Of a DNA stretch of 64,000 nucleotides, positions 24,601 through 36,270 are shown piece after piece. Location of the stretch: positions 3,968,001-4,032,000 of the forward strand of contig MU059829.1 of NCBI GenBank assembly GCA_013265495.1. Direction: 5' to 3'. This stretch comes from Vicugna vicugna. Lineage: Eukaryota. A program made the translations under genes and the position numbers. A model generated the notes under the pieces. That model was not told where the DNA came from, did no database searches, and was given only the letters and a program-made list of their open reading frames with translations. Each line of letters starts with the position of its first letter. Position 1 is the stretch's first letter.

Positions 24601-27600
24601 CAGAAGAGGCCACCCAGGACCGGGGCAGAGTGCCTGACGTCTGCACGGGTGGCTGTGCAGCGCAGGGTCCTAGCACTGAAGTGGTGGGACGGCAGCTGGG
24701 TGCGGTGCTCGGGAAGGCAAACAGGGCGCAGACCCCGCAGTGAGCACCCCCCACGCGTGGGTGGGCGCCGGCGTCGCACTGCCATCCGGTCGCGAGCTTG
24801 GCCCCGTCCGCGGGAGCCCGCGGGGGGGCCCCTCAGCCTTCAGGGTCACTGACTTGGTGGCTATTTTTTTAAAAGAGGGAATCTTAAATGTAATCTATTT
24901 TTCCTAATCATACACTTTTCTGGTTAAAGCTGGAAGTCTTGAGCATCGCTCTCAAGGTGAAAAATACCAACATTTCCTTTTGAACAAAAACGTACATTTC
25001 TGGTGTCATGCAGCAGTCCGACTCTTCACACCCGTTCTGGGACGGTTACACAAACCAGCTGAGAAGAAAACGTGGACAGTCTCCACCGTTAACACCTACT
25101 TTCCCGCTGAACAGAGCGGTGGCAGACGGGGACGGAGGGGACCCCACTGAAAGCGCGCCTGTGAGCCAGGATGCTCGCCTCCTCTGGGCTTTCCTCACCT
25201 TGAGGTCCTGTTTCTTGCACTTGTGCTCTGACTTCACCAGAGCCCTCGGCCGGCACCTGCTTGCAGGCTGGGAGGAAGGGGACTCCCAAGGGGGCCTCGT
25301 GTGGAAAGGGCTGTCGCCGTGTCTGCAGGGAATCCGGGCACGTCTGTGACCTGCTTTCCATCAGAGTGTCTGCAGAGCACCGTCATGATCGTTCTCAACA
25401 GCATCCCCAGATTTCCGCATCACCTTTTGGTAAAGTTAGATCCGAGGTGTCACCCCTGACGGAGGGGCTGCAGTGAGTGAGCTCGACGACACAATACGGT
25501 GAACACGTTTACTGTCTTCACAGGTACAGGACGTAAACATGGCTTCTCTTCTGTGCTTCATGACGGGGTGTCACCATGACAACGGATATGAGTCGCTCGG
25601 TCATGTTAGGCGAACAGGTGACACTCCCTCAGACCTGGCAGCACGCACCTGCTCCGCCATCGCACAACCTTCTTTGGACCAGACAGGGGGTTTGGACCCA
25701 CTCCCAGCTTCAAATCAAGGGCCAGTGTCAAATCCAGGTGTAGGTTATTAGCTCACCTAGGGATGGTGCAGGCCAAGACTTCCGGAGATTTTAAGATAAA
25801 AATGAGCGTACAAAACATAAAAAAATTAACCCAAATCCAGTGAGTACCTTTGTTCAAGTCAGGATCAGAGAACCTGGGATCTACAACGAACAGTCCCTGT
25901 CTAGCTGCATGATTTGTCGGTTCTGGGCCAGCTCGAGGACATGAGCTCGAGTCCGTCAGCTTCTGGGCGGCGCACACGCGAGCGGGCTGACAGGCGTGCG
26001 CGCCGTGTGCGTCTTCCCATGAACACCGGCTTTTCTGTGGTTATTTCTAAAGACCTGCTCGTCTACGTAACGCATCATTCTTAACGTCCAAAACGCCAAC
26101 GCCTGCGAATCCAGGCAGATCCCGGAAGAAGCATCATTACTGTCTACCACTCAGGGTTCAGGTGTTTATTTAGGTAGAAAAAATGTTTAAACACTCTAGG
26201 GGACACAGGATTCATTTATAGAAGAATATTTCAGGGAAATTTTTTTTTGCATTTTTAAAGGATATACATTCGTACTGATTTTTGCTTCCAAATATATTTT
26301 AAGGCTGTTTGGTAAACTATATACCAGATATGAGGTTCAACTGACAGGGTTTTGTTCTTACAGGGAGCTCTTAACTACTCGGCTTTAAAAAAGTAGAACT
26401 GTGAAGCTAAACGTGCGTTAGCGTCACCTGTGCTCCCACGAACCCCGTGCTCAGTGGGAGGGGACACCGAGGAGGAGGTGGGGCTGGGGGCTCCCTGCCA
26501 CCCCCGCCCCACGAGGACCTCTCCGGAGGCTCTCGACGGGGCCCCGGGCCGCAGGGAGAGCTGGGCGCGACTTAAAGTGCGAGTCGGGAGGAAAACAAAG
26601 TGCTGAGGGAGGGCGTCTGCCTGGGGCACAGCCCTCCTGGGCCGCAGGGGACCCGGCGCCGGCGGAAACGCGGGGCACCGCAGCCCGGCTTTTACCTGGA
26701 GTCCCGGCGAGGACTCCGGCGTGGGGCCAAACGGATAAACTGGTGGGTGCTTCCTCTGAAGACGTGTCTGAGCAGACAGACACCCTCGAATTGCAGCAAT
26801 GGTCACACGGTCTGCGTTTAATGACACAGATGGAAATCTTCCACGAGAGCCCTGTCTTTTTCTCCGGTGCCAGTCAAATCACGAAAATGGATTTCTTTTC
26901 TTGAAGCCCCCAGCTGGAAACCACACGCGACCTTTTTGCTTCTGCGTTGTTTGCTGTCCTGCCTAAAACAGGCAGGAGACAGACTGTGGACTTCGGCAGT
27001 ACCGCACAGGACAAAAGAACCGTGGAAAAGTGCAAATGTGAACGACGCTTCTCCTTGACCATTTAAACTGAGATATACTTACCACTCACATTCACAGTCA
27101 GACTTTCTACGGCATCACAACTGTCATTTTAAACAGGCAAACTTTTTTTCTTTGTTTTTCGTTTTTGAGGATACCCTGGGAAGTTAACTGAGAGAGCGCT
27201 GGAGAATATGTACACAGCTGTCAAAAAAATCACGTGACGCATAGAGGGTGACACTTAAGAACAGAACCGTGTGTGACACTGCGAGTTACAAAGGAATAAA
27301 AAATAAAACGCTTTCATCTGAGCAAGGACAGTGTCCTTCCCTTTGGACTCCTGCCACCGAAGAGCCAGGCTTGTCAGAGACTCGCTGCTTCCGTCCGCCC
27401 CTCCCGGGGCGAGCGTGCGTCCGCTGTCCTTGGCCTGTGGAGAGCTGCGCTGGGGCCTGCGGGGCGGCCTTCCACCCCCGGGCGTCTGGAGACCACACGG
27501 CGGGGAGCTTGGTGGCTGGAGAAGACGACTTCCTCACCAGGAACCTCAGTGAGGGCGTGGCTGGGGCGGGGCGGGGGTCCTTCCTTCCTGCGCTGAAGCT

Positions 27601-27993
27601 GTAGCACCTTCCTCCTGGGGTCCCTAAAGCCTCGGGGGGCGGGGAGGCGTGCCCGGCCAGTTACTCGCTAGGCTTGCCTCGGGTGATCACACAATTTATA
27701 AAAATATAAATAACAAAGTGCGATCGGGTTCCGTCTCAAGAGGTGCTCCGTGCCCCCTGAGAACAGAGTGGGCGAGTCAGGTGTCCCCACGCCTCCCGTC
27801 ACGGCTGGCCGGAGCCGGCAATCCGGTCCCCAGGAGGTCCTCCTGGCCGTGAGCTTGCCAGCCGCAGACAGCACAGCGTTCCCGTGTGTTGACAGCACAG
27901 AACACAAGAGCAGGGCGGACGTGGCGGAGGAAGGAGACAGAGTACAGGTGGGGGACACTGCGCGGGGTGCGGTCAGGCGGGGGTTGCGGGGCC
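21665..27993 (-). other. DLGAP2: DLGAP2 long 3'UTR (about 6.3 kb, 3' end inferred)
   Basis: Follows the stop codon, contains AT-rich patches, is poor in recognisable transposons and ends at the ATTAAA signal. Confidence 0.55.
21683..21688 (-). terminator. DLGAP2: Likely distal DLGAP2 polyadenylation signal (ATTAAA)
   Basis: Sense context ctTGTAAATAgttctgcaATTAAAttttttgagaaaagc, followed by a U/GU-rich tract (tttacttttattggcgtgaattctcgtgttattttg). Confidence 0.6.
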
Positions 27994-28212
27994 CTAGAGC
28001 CGCGTCTGGGCCTCGGGGATGTAGATCTCGATGCTGTCGGCGCGCTCGCTGGCCGAGCTCTGTCGGAAGGACGCTGCCCTCTTGGCGGCCGCCAGCCGCC
28101 TCCGGGCCTCCTGGCGCTGTCTGTCCGGCAGGTCCAGGGACTTCTCTCTCGTGATGGGGAGTCTCCCCTTGGGGGGCTTCTTTGGTATTGGAGGGGGGAC
28201 CTTTCTTTCTTC
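27994..28212 (-). CDS. DLGAP2: DLGAP2 last coding exon
   Basis: Acceptor gcttttcAG. Encodes EERKVPPPIPKKPPKGRLPITREKSLDLPDRQRQEARRRLAAAKRAASFRQSSASERADSIEIYIPEAQTRL* (219 nt, TAG 27996-27994). QTRL is the SAPAP C-terminal PDZ ligand. Confidence 0.97.
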   Translation of the reverse strand, partial: EERKVPPPIPKKPPKGRLPITREKSLDLPDRQRQEARRRLAAAKRAASFRQSSASERADSIEIYIPEAQTRL

Positions 28213-30504
28213 CTGAAAAGCATCACAAATCAGAATTGGGGGTGTTGGAGGAGACCTGCCTTCCCCACCGCTCCCCTCTGCCCTCCGGCCCCTCCGAGAT
28301 AGCAGCTGGGCTCCTCTGTCCCTTCCCTCGGTCCCCCGGGCGGGGGAGGGTCTGGTGAAGTGCTTACAAATCAGGACGCGACCACGGACCCCTCCTTGGT
28401 CTCAGCGCTGCTCTGCCCGTGTCGCCAGGTGGACACTCCCCTGTCACCTGAGCACCGGCAAGCCCCGCGCTCTCGAGGTCTGGAGCCGCCCAGGGCTCCC
28501 GGGAGATGCCGCTCGACATCTCTGTCCCACACGACCGTCTTTTCAGCAGACCCCAAGCTCCAGGGATGTTCATGGACACCATCTCACGGGGTTGTCCCGG
28601 GGACCACTGGCCTCAGTCTCTACCAGGGGCCTTAAGCCCCACGACACTAACTCCGTGTGGATACAGACTTGTCCCTCGCTGGCTGAAAGGAGGCAGGTAA
28701 TTATTTCTGACCCTTAGCTCACGTCCTCAAGTAAGCCGCACCCAGACACGTGTGCACCCTTTCTAGAAGATAAAGCCCACAGCTGTGCTGCACCCTTCTG
28801 CCGGGAGGCCCGTGGCCCGCCGTCGTGCTGTGGTGCGCTGGCCTCGCTGGCCAGGGCGGACCTTCCTGGTGGTGGGATGACGCAAACCTGCAGCCTCGCC
28901 CCCTGTTGGGAAGGGGCGCACCATGAGGGGCCGGAAGCTTCCTTTTCTGAACAGATACCTGGCTGGTGGGGGGGGGCTCCAGGTGCATCTGAGCTTGGAC
29001 ATTGGTGCACATTCAGGTGAGTGCACGAAGCGGAACCCCAGTGACATCACGTCGTGTTTGGCAGGAAGAGTGTTTCAGTCTCTGAAACTTCATTCCTGTG
29101 GCTTATCTGAGGGTGACTTGGGCCAGAAGCAAGGGTCCCTCCTGACCCTGGGGCAGGGCTCCCACCAGGGGTGATTGATCTGTGAACACTTTCAGCTATT
29201 TTGGGATTTAATTCCTGCATCATGGGTGTGGCCCTGTTTCTCTAGCTCTTTGCTCTTCTTTTGGGCTGAAGTACGGGGCTGTGAGCAAGGAGAGTCTCCG
29301 TTGACAGGTGCAGGGCAGGGGGGCCTGCAGGCCCACGGAGTGGCGGCTCAGCGCCCGGGGCCGGCGCGGAGGCTCGGCTGTGTTAAAGGCTGTGCCTCTC
29401 CTGGACGGGCGCACACCCTCGGCAGGACCGCGCCGTCGTTCTGAGGGCGATTCCCTGTGTGTTCTTTAGGTAGGAGGGGTGGCGATGGCTGTCGATGACG
29501 AAGGATGGGAAATGGAGGATCGTCGCTCGCCTCCAGGCTGGCTCAGGGAGCCGTGCTCTCAGCGCTTTAGCGGAACCAGCACTTTATCATTTGGAACCAT
29601 TACCCAGGACCTCTTTCACGTCAAGAGCAAACCAGATTTCCCGGGCTTGCTAACGGTCCTTCCACGGCTCACGCACAGCCTGGCCCCTGGCGTGGCCCCT
29701 GCCCGTCACCTGTGGCGAGAAGGACTTTCCAGCCACCAGCAAGGGCGGCTCTGGCGTCCAGCCTGGAATCCCACCTTTTAAGGGAAATAGGTGATTGTGA
29801 CGATGTTTCGTTCTAATCATCCAGACGTACACCCTCAGCCGCGTGTGGCACACCACTGCCCCAGAGCGGGCTGGGTGAATTTTCTTCATCATTTTATTTT
29901 AATTGACAACGTCTGCAATTACTGAGGACCTCCCTACAATGCGCTAGGAAGCCAGTATCCCTGCTGTTAACTCAGACCTACTAACGGCCCCACTGCAGAG
30001 GCGTCTCTAAAGGAAGAAGGGAAAGCAGGCTTTGAACTTCATGGACACTTTCAGGGCCGAGGCTGCCGGATGGAGAGGAAGCTTACGCCCTCAAACCATC
30101 CAGTCACGTTTAAAGCGCTTCCCCCTTTCCTGCAGATATGCAACTAGAAGGGGGGGGGCACTGCAAGCGACCCGAAACCTTCCCCGCAGGAAGTCATCTC
30201 AGTACAATCCAAACAGAGTTTTGACGAAAATAATTCCGAGGCCAGGTCCCTACAGGAAACGAGGCTGCAGGTTTGCATGGGTCCCTGTGAGCGCCTTCCC
30301 GGAACTGTCTGGGCAAGAAAGAGGCTGACTGAGAGCTGGCGGCTGTGCCTCCAACCCCACGCGCACACAGACCTATACGTGGACACGGGGGCCCGTCTCG
30401 CTAACCAGAGACTGAGACGCACGTCGCAGCGCGGCATGTGGAGCAGGCGGGCTGGACATCGAAGTGGCCGGCGGGGACGCGGCGCCGGCAGGGCGGGCCC
30501 TCAC

Positions 30505-30657
30505 CTCTCTCTCCGGGGACTCCACCGCCTTCCAGTCGCTGAGCTTCAGCTGGTGCAGCTCGTCGAACTTCATGCTGACGTCCTGCACCGAGAGCTGCAG
30601 CATGTCCCAGTAGCCCGCCAGGTCCTGTGACGTGGGTCTGGGCATGGCGCTCGGGTC
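30505..30657 (-). CDS. DLGAP2: DLGAP2 coding exon (GH1/GKAP domain)
   Basis: 153 nt, phase 0/0, AG..GT: DPSAMPRPTSQDLAGYWDMLQLSVQDVSMKFDELHQLKLSDWKAVESPERE. Confidence 0.97.
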
Positions 30658-30789
30658 CTGCAGACACACAGGCTGTTAGGGCTGCGGCATCCCAGGGGAG
30701 AGAAGCACCACCAATTCAAAATCCAGTGCGAATATTCCCCAGGGCTCACGATGATGCAGTAACCGCTTACACAAGCATTTGCTGATAGC

Positions 30790-31190
30790 TGAAGAAGCTG
30801 AAAAGGCCACACCCTGTATGACTCCAACTCTGTGACGTTCTGGAAAAGACAAAACTATGGAGCCAGGAAGGAGCTGGGGGTTGTCAGGCCTTGGGGACAG
30901 GATGGATGAACAGGTGGCGCACAGGGGGTTTGGGGACGCTGTCATGTGGACACGTTACACATCTGTCCAAGCCCCCAGGCTGCATGACACTGAGTGTGAC
31001 CCTGAATGTCAGCCGTGGGCTCTGGGTGGTGGTGCGTCCACGGGGGTCACCGATGGTAACAAACGCACCCCCTGGTGGGCGTGCTGGCGAAGGGGAGGCT
31101 CTGAGTGAGTGGGAGCAAGGAGCACCTGGGCGTCTTCTGTGTTTCTCTGTTTTTCACTCAATTTTTCTGTGAACCTAGAACCGCTCTAAA
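30790..31190 (+). mobile_element. Old L1 (L1MC-like) 3' fragment
   Basis: atgactccaactctgtgacgttctggaaaagacaaaactatggag...gtgaacctagaaccgctctaaaa. Confidence 0.6.
31064..31078 (-). promoter_or_regulatory. CTCF core motif (inside an old L1 fragment)
   Basis: Minus strand CCACCAGGGGGTGCG. Confidence 0.45.
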
Positions 31191-31194
31191 AATG

Positions 31195-32560
31195 TCTATT
31201 AGCCCAACTAAAAACCAGGCACAGGATCTGAACAGACATTTTCCCAAAGAAGATGCACCGATGCCAACAGCACAGGAAATGGGGCCCAGCATCCCTGATC
31301 ATCAGGGAAACTCAACCAAAACCACAGAGAGGTACCCCTCACACCTGTTAGACCGGCCTCAAAAAGACCACGAACTACGAGTGTCGCCAAAGGTGTGGAG
31401 AGCAGGGGACCCTCGCCCAGTGCTGGTGGGAATGGAAGTCGGTGCAGCCGCTGAGGAGAACAGTATGCGGGTTCCTCAAAAAATTGAAAACAGAGCCAGC
31501 GCACAGCCCAGCAGCTGCTCCCCAGGGTGTCATCTGGGAAAACAAGGACACCGACTCAGAAAGGCACGCGCCCCGGCATTCACAGCAGCCCAGACGGGGA
31601 AGCACCCGAGTGCCCGCCGACGGGGCCGGGTCAAGAGGTGCAGCATTTGTACAGCGGAATTCTGCTCAGCCAAAAAAAAAAAAAATGAAATAATGACATG
31701 TGCAACAATGCATAAGTCAGACAGAACAGCAAGGTCCACTGTGCAGCACAGGGAGCTGTGTCCAATACTTGTAATAACCTAGAACGAGAAAGGACGCGGA
31801 AAGGAACACATATGGATATTTGATACGTGAACGAGCATGACGTTGTAAATCAACTATAGTTCGATAAAAATATGTCAGACAGGAAAAAAATAATGTATGA
31901 TTTCACTTATATGTGGAATCTAAAAATCAGAGCAAACAAACAAACATAACCAAACAGAAACAGGGTCACAGATGCAGAGGGCACACAGGCCGGGGGGAGG
32001 AGGCGAGGGAGGTGTGGACGAACGCACTTCCAGCTGCAAAACGACGAGTCCCGGGTATGCAGTGTGGGGAGTGCAGGCGACAATCCCGTGGCGTGTGTGG
32101 TGACAGGTGGGAGCTGGACTTCCCTGAGACGCGCAGAAGCGCTGCACGACCGGGCCGTGCACCGGGAACTGGCCTGGGCTGGAGGCCAGCTGCACCTCAG
32201 AAACGAGCGAGAAACCTCGCAGCGAAGGAGGTCGGACGTGCGGCTGCCAGAGGCGGGGTGGGCGGGGGAGGCGGCGCGGAGGCGCACACTTCCAGTGGCA
32301 GGCAGACGAGTAGCGGGGGGTGGCGTGCGCAGCGTGCTAACCGTACCGGCCCCGCTGTGCGCCATGCGTGAAGGTCGGGAGCAGATCCTAGGCTTCTGTC
32401 ACAAGGAAAAACGCATTTTTCAACTCCCTTAATTTTGGATGTTCACTAAACTTATCGTGGTGATTATTTCATGGTGTAGGTAAGTCAGAGCCTTAAGCTG
32501 CACTCCTTAAATCTGCATCGTGCTCTGCGTTAACTAAATCTCAGCACAGCTGGAAGAAAA
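31195..32560 (+). mobile_element. L1 ORF2 3' end and 3'UTR (L1MA/MB-like), degraded
   Basis: aggatctgaacagacattttcccaaagaagatg...ggaatggaagtcggtgcagccgctgaggagaacagtatgcgggttcctcaaaaaattgaaaa...tgatttcacttatatgtggaatctaaaaa...taaatctcagcacagctggaagaaaa. This explains ORF 31105-31782. Confidence 0.85.
31725..31870 (+). mobile_element. 5'-truncated younger L1 3' end nested in the older L1
   Basis: Aligns with the 54745-54920 L1 tail; flanked by a 12-bp TSD, taagtcagacag (31713-31724) and tatgtcagacag (31871-31882). Confidence 0.7.
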
Positions 32561-33314
32561 TACAGAGAAGACGCTGTCTGTTAAGAACACACATCGTTCC
32601 ACTCGGGACTTGCTTCCCTCGGCCCTGGGCTGGTGGCACAAGCAATAGTTCTGAAGGCTTGACTGTGACAGCAGCCCCGCCCATGTTGGGGTGGCCCGCA
32701 GGGTTCTCAGGGGACGCTGCCCAGGTCTGCGGGGGCTGGCGGTGCTGGGTGGCGATGAGACGGCGCTTGGAGCCGGGGCTCTCTGTCTGATGGTCGGCGA
32801 CACCCTACAGATGAACCACGGATTCCTCTGCTTTGCTCGCAGACAAGTCCATCTCCCGAGGGGACAGAGCCGTCTCGGGACGGTTCCCACCCTCGGAGGT
32901 GCAGGCCGTGCGACAGACCCCCGCGGCAGCCCAGGGCGACTGCCGGCCCCGCTGGGTGGGTTTTGTTTCTGCACACGGAGCCTGACGTCTGGTGGTTTCC
33001 GTGAGTCGCCTACACGGCAGACCGGGTGACCGCCCAAGATCAGACAGCTGGCAGCCTGGCCTCTCCTGCTGCACTGGCCACTTCCCCGCTGGGGGGCCCC
33101 TCCGTTTGCAGCCCCTCGGTTACCAGGGTGCATTTTTCCGGGTGTGGATCCCTGGATTCAGCGGGTGGGGGGCTACCTGAGTAAACAGCAGCTTTCTGGT
33201 GGGTGCATGCTAATCTGACTTCGCCTACAAGGTGCAGCTTCCAGCCGACGGGGCCCTTCGCACTCAGCACAGCAGGCCCTTCTCTCTGGTTTGGTCTGAA
33301 TGCCCTTCACCCTT

Positions 33315-33630
33315 GGTCCTGGCCACTTGGCCGCTGAGACGCGAACACCACAGACGGGGCTGCCTCTCCCAGTTCTGGGGCTGGACGTCCGAGGTCAGGG
33401 TGCAGGCAGATGCAGCGGCCGGGGAGGCCCGTCCTGGCGCACAGACGGTCCCTGCGTCCTCAAGTGGGGGCGAGCTGGGGGCTTCCCGGGGGCCTGCTAT
33501 CGGGCTCTCATCCACTCCCGGGGGCCCCTCCCTCACGACCTCATCGCCGCCCAAAGGCCCCTCCTGACACCGCCTGTGGGGGTTAGGGCTCCACAGATGA
33601 ATTCTGGGCACAGAGACGTTCAGTGCTGGC
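33315..33630 (-). mobile_element. MLT1A-like MaLR solo LTR
   Basis: ctcccagttctgggggctggacgtccgaggtcaggg...cccaaaggcccctcctgacacc...gggggttagggctccacagatgaattctggg is the antisense MLT1A pattern. Confidence 0.75.
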
Positions 33631-33830
33631 TGGACAGCCAGTCCACATGGTCCCTTTTTGAGCCCATCCCTCCAGCTGGACGCAGCCAGACGGCAGCCTG
33701 TGCTGACACAGAGGTGGAGTAAGAACCGCGTTCGAGCCTCTTGCACAGAACGCTCTCGTTTTCTCCTTGTCAGCAGTGGGGACTGCAGTCCAGAGCCATT
33801 TTCTGCAGTTTGGGGACTGTTCTTCTGTTG

Positions 33831-33846
33831 GGCCACCAGGGGGCGA
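33831..33846 (+). promoter_or_regulatory. CTCF core motif
   Basis: GGCCACCAGGGGGCGA, essentially the CTCF consensus. Confidence 0.65.
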
Positions 33847-33881
33847 GCTGGGTGTGCGCATCCCAGGAGCCCGCCGTGCAG

Positions 33882-34130
33882 AGGCAGGTGCAGGGTCAGG
33901 GATGGGGGCAGGGACAAGGCAGGGACAGGACAGGGATGGGGCAGGTGCAGGGTCAGGGGCAGGTGCAGGAACAGGGCAGGGACAGGGACAGGGGCAGGGA
34001 TGGGGCAGGGATGGGGCAGGTGCAGGGACAGGGGCAGGTGTAGGGACAGGGGCAGGACAGGACGGGCAGGGTCAGGGAGGGAGCAGGGACAGGGGCAGGA
34101 CTGGGTCAGGTCAGGGTCGGGGACAAGGAC
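33882..34130 (+). repeat. G-rich minisatellite (GGGGCAGG/GACAG units)
   Basis: Tandem imperfect ggggcagg(tgcagg/gacagg/gatgg) units. Confidence 0.9.
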
Positions 34131-36019
34131 AGCGTAGCAGGGTTTCATCCGAGGCCGGGGCATCAGGCAGGCCTGGATCTTTCACGTACTTGCCTGAGCC
34201 TGAACTCAGCCGCTGCGCGTGAAGAAGCAGTGCCGAGGTCTCGCCTGCAGGGCCGTGTTCCGGGCGTGGCGGAGAGAAGCGGACAGCCAGGGCTAGGGGG
34301 CAGAGGGGGCTTCCCCCCCACAGGCAGGTCCCCTGCGGAGCGCCCTCTCCGGGAGACCTGGCCGTGCAGCCAGCTTCTCCTGCAGGTGCCACGTGACAGT
34401 GCCTGGCTGTGTGGGGAGTCGGGACGGTGGCTCCAGGCAGGCCCCAAAGCCCACCTGCACCCCATCCTGTCCAGAGGCTGTGGCCAGGGCAGACACTGTC
34501 ATCACTTGACCTCCTCTAGGCTAGTGAAACCTCTGTCCTCTGGGCTCCCACCATGTGGAGGCCATATCCAGCCGCTGGAATGGGTGCAGCCAAGCTCGTG
34601 TCCCGCGTCCTCCGTCCCTTCTCGGGGGAGGTGGCTGCATCTGCGTCCACTGGACAGTCAGCCGCCCGATCTGTTTATGAATCTTATTGTTGGTGTCAGT
34701 GTGATGTCTGCCAGGCTCCCCGGCAACGGCGCGGAGCCACCGATCTCCGCTAGCGTGCAGGCCGGTGGACGCACGTGGCTCCCCGGCCCTGACGTCAGGG
34801 GTCCCCTGACATGCGCTCTGACACTCTGTGATCTGGAGCCTTCTGCGCATGCCCATGTTGCTCTGGGAAGGGCTGAGAAGGGGCCTTGGGCCTTGTTCAG
34901 ACGCAGTGTCCGACAGACCCCGCTGGGGTCTGAATGTGATTCCGTTTCTCCCAGCTCGCCGGGGAGGCTGAACCGCTGAGGCACCAAGAGGCACACGTGT
35001 CGCCCCGCCAGCCTCGAGGGCAGGTCCTTCCCCGTGTGGTCTGGACAAGTCGCAGGCCGTCCATCCCAAACACGCAGGGGGTCTGACTTGCCAGCGAGGG
35101 TCACCCCTTTGGCTTAAGCCCAGTTCCCTACCGGAAGCGTCCAGCTATGGACGGCCTGGCTCTGGCGAGCAAGGCGCCGGGCCACACTTCAGCCCCCCTG
35201 GGGCCAGGCGGCTAACAGCCCGCCCTCAACTCTCCACCAGATGCCTTGGAGGCTTTTCCCTAACCCCAGAAAGAGGTCAAAAGGCAAGGAAGCAGCCGCG
35301 CCAGACTTTCTGAGTTTTCCACCAAGTGCAGCCTGATGTGTGCAAGAGGCACTGAGGCTGCAGGGTGGGCGGGTTCGAGGCGAACACCAGCCACTCCTGG
35401 CAGGGGCTCACGCGGCAGGCCAGGGGCTCTGGACAGTGGGTTTCTGCCCGCCCACCCTCCGCCCGACTCAGGGCAGCGGGCACCCCGCTCTCGAGTGGCC
35501 TGAATCAACTCCCGAAAGATAAGAGTTGAACAGACGTGACCACGGAGCCTGAGCACGGCTGGCGACCTGGCAGCTGAGCGTCCCTGCGGCTCTGTGGTCC
35601 CACAGCCGCCCGAGCCCCTGCGGATGTCGATTCCAGCCTCACGTCACAGGCAGCACGAGGGGGACGCCCTGGGACTCACTGAAAAGTATGCGAGGAAACA
35701 TACTGTTCAGTGACCCCGATTTAAAGGGATGAAGGCGGCAAGGCCGGTGCCGCTGACGGGGAAGAACAGCCTGCAGGTTCACGTGCCTCCTGGGAGATTA
35801 ACAACGGGACAGAACACAGTCAAATCCCCCGAGCCACCGCTCACGGGAGGCCTAGCAGGGACCCACGTGGGTCTTCATGACGCAGTTTGGCCTGAAAGGA
35901 GTCAACGTACAGGTGATAAAGAGCACGCGAAGTGACGCGAACCCTGTTTAGTTATTCCTCCAACTAATGTGAAGTGGACACTTTCTTTAGTCGCTAAGGA
36001 AAAGTGTGTAACTACAGAC

Positions 36020-36270
36020 ATTTATGTACATGTTTACGTAGATACAATACGTATGTAAATACACGCACACATAATGTACATGTGTGTGTATACGCACGCG
36101 TGCACAATACATAGTACATGTAAGCATACGTACATGGAACAGTAGATATAATATGTTACGTTATGTAATTTCTATTATATTGTATATTATTCTTTACATG
36201 TAATACATGTATCATGCATAATTGTATAATATACAAAGAATATCTATAAAGAATACTATGTAACATATAT
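36020..36270. repeat. AT-rich (TA/ACAT) low-complexity tract
   Basis: tatgtacatg/tacat/tatat repeats. Confidence 0.8.

Noticed and set aside
27230-27237. Perfect TCACGTGA E-box
   Set aside because: Isolated in the DLGAP2 3'UTR with no promoter context.
27777-28226. 149-aa ORF overlapping the last DLGAP2 exon
   Set aside because: Alternative frame; the true frame (EERK...QTRL) is fixed by splice phase and homology.
31105-31782. 225-aa ORF
   Set aside because: Degraded L1 ORF2 remnant.
33264-34222. GQ/GT-repeat and PCP-repeat ORFs
   Set aside because: Translation of the G-rich minisatellite.
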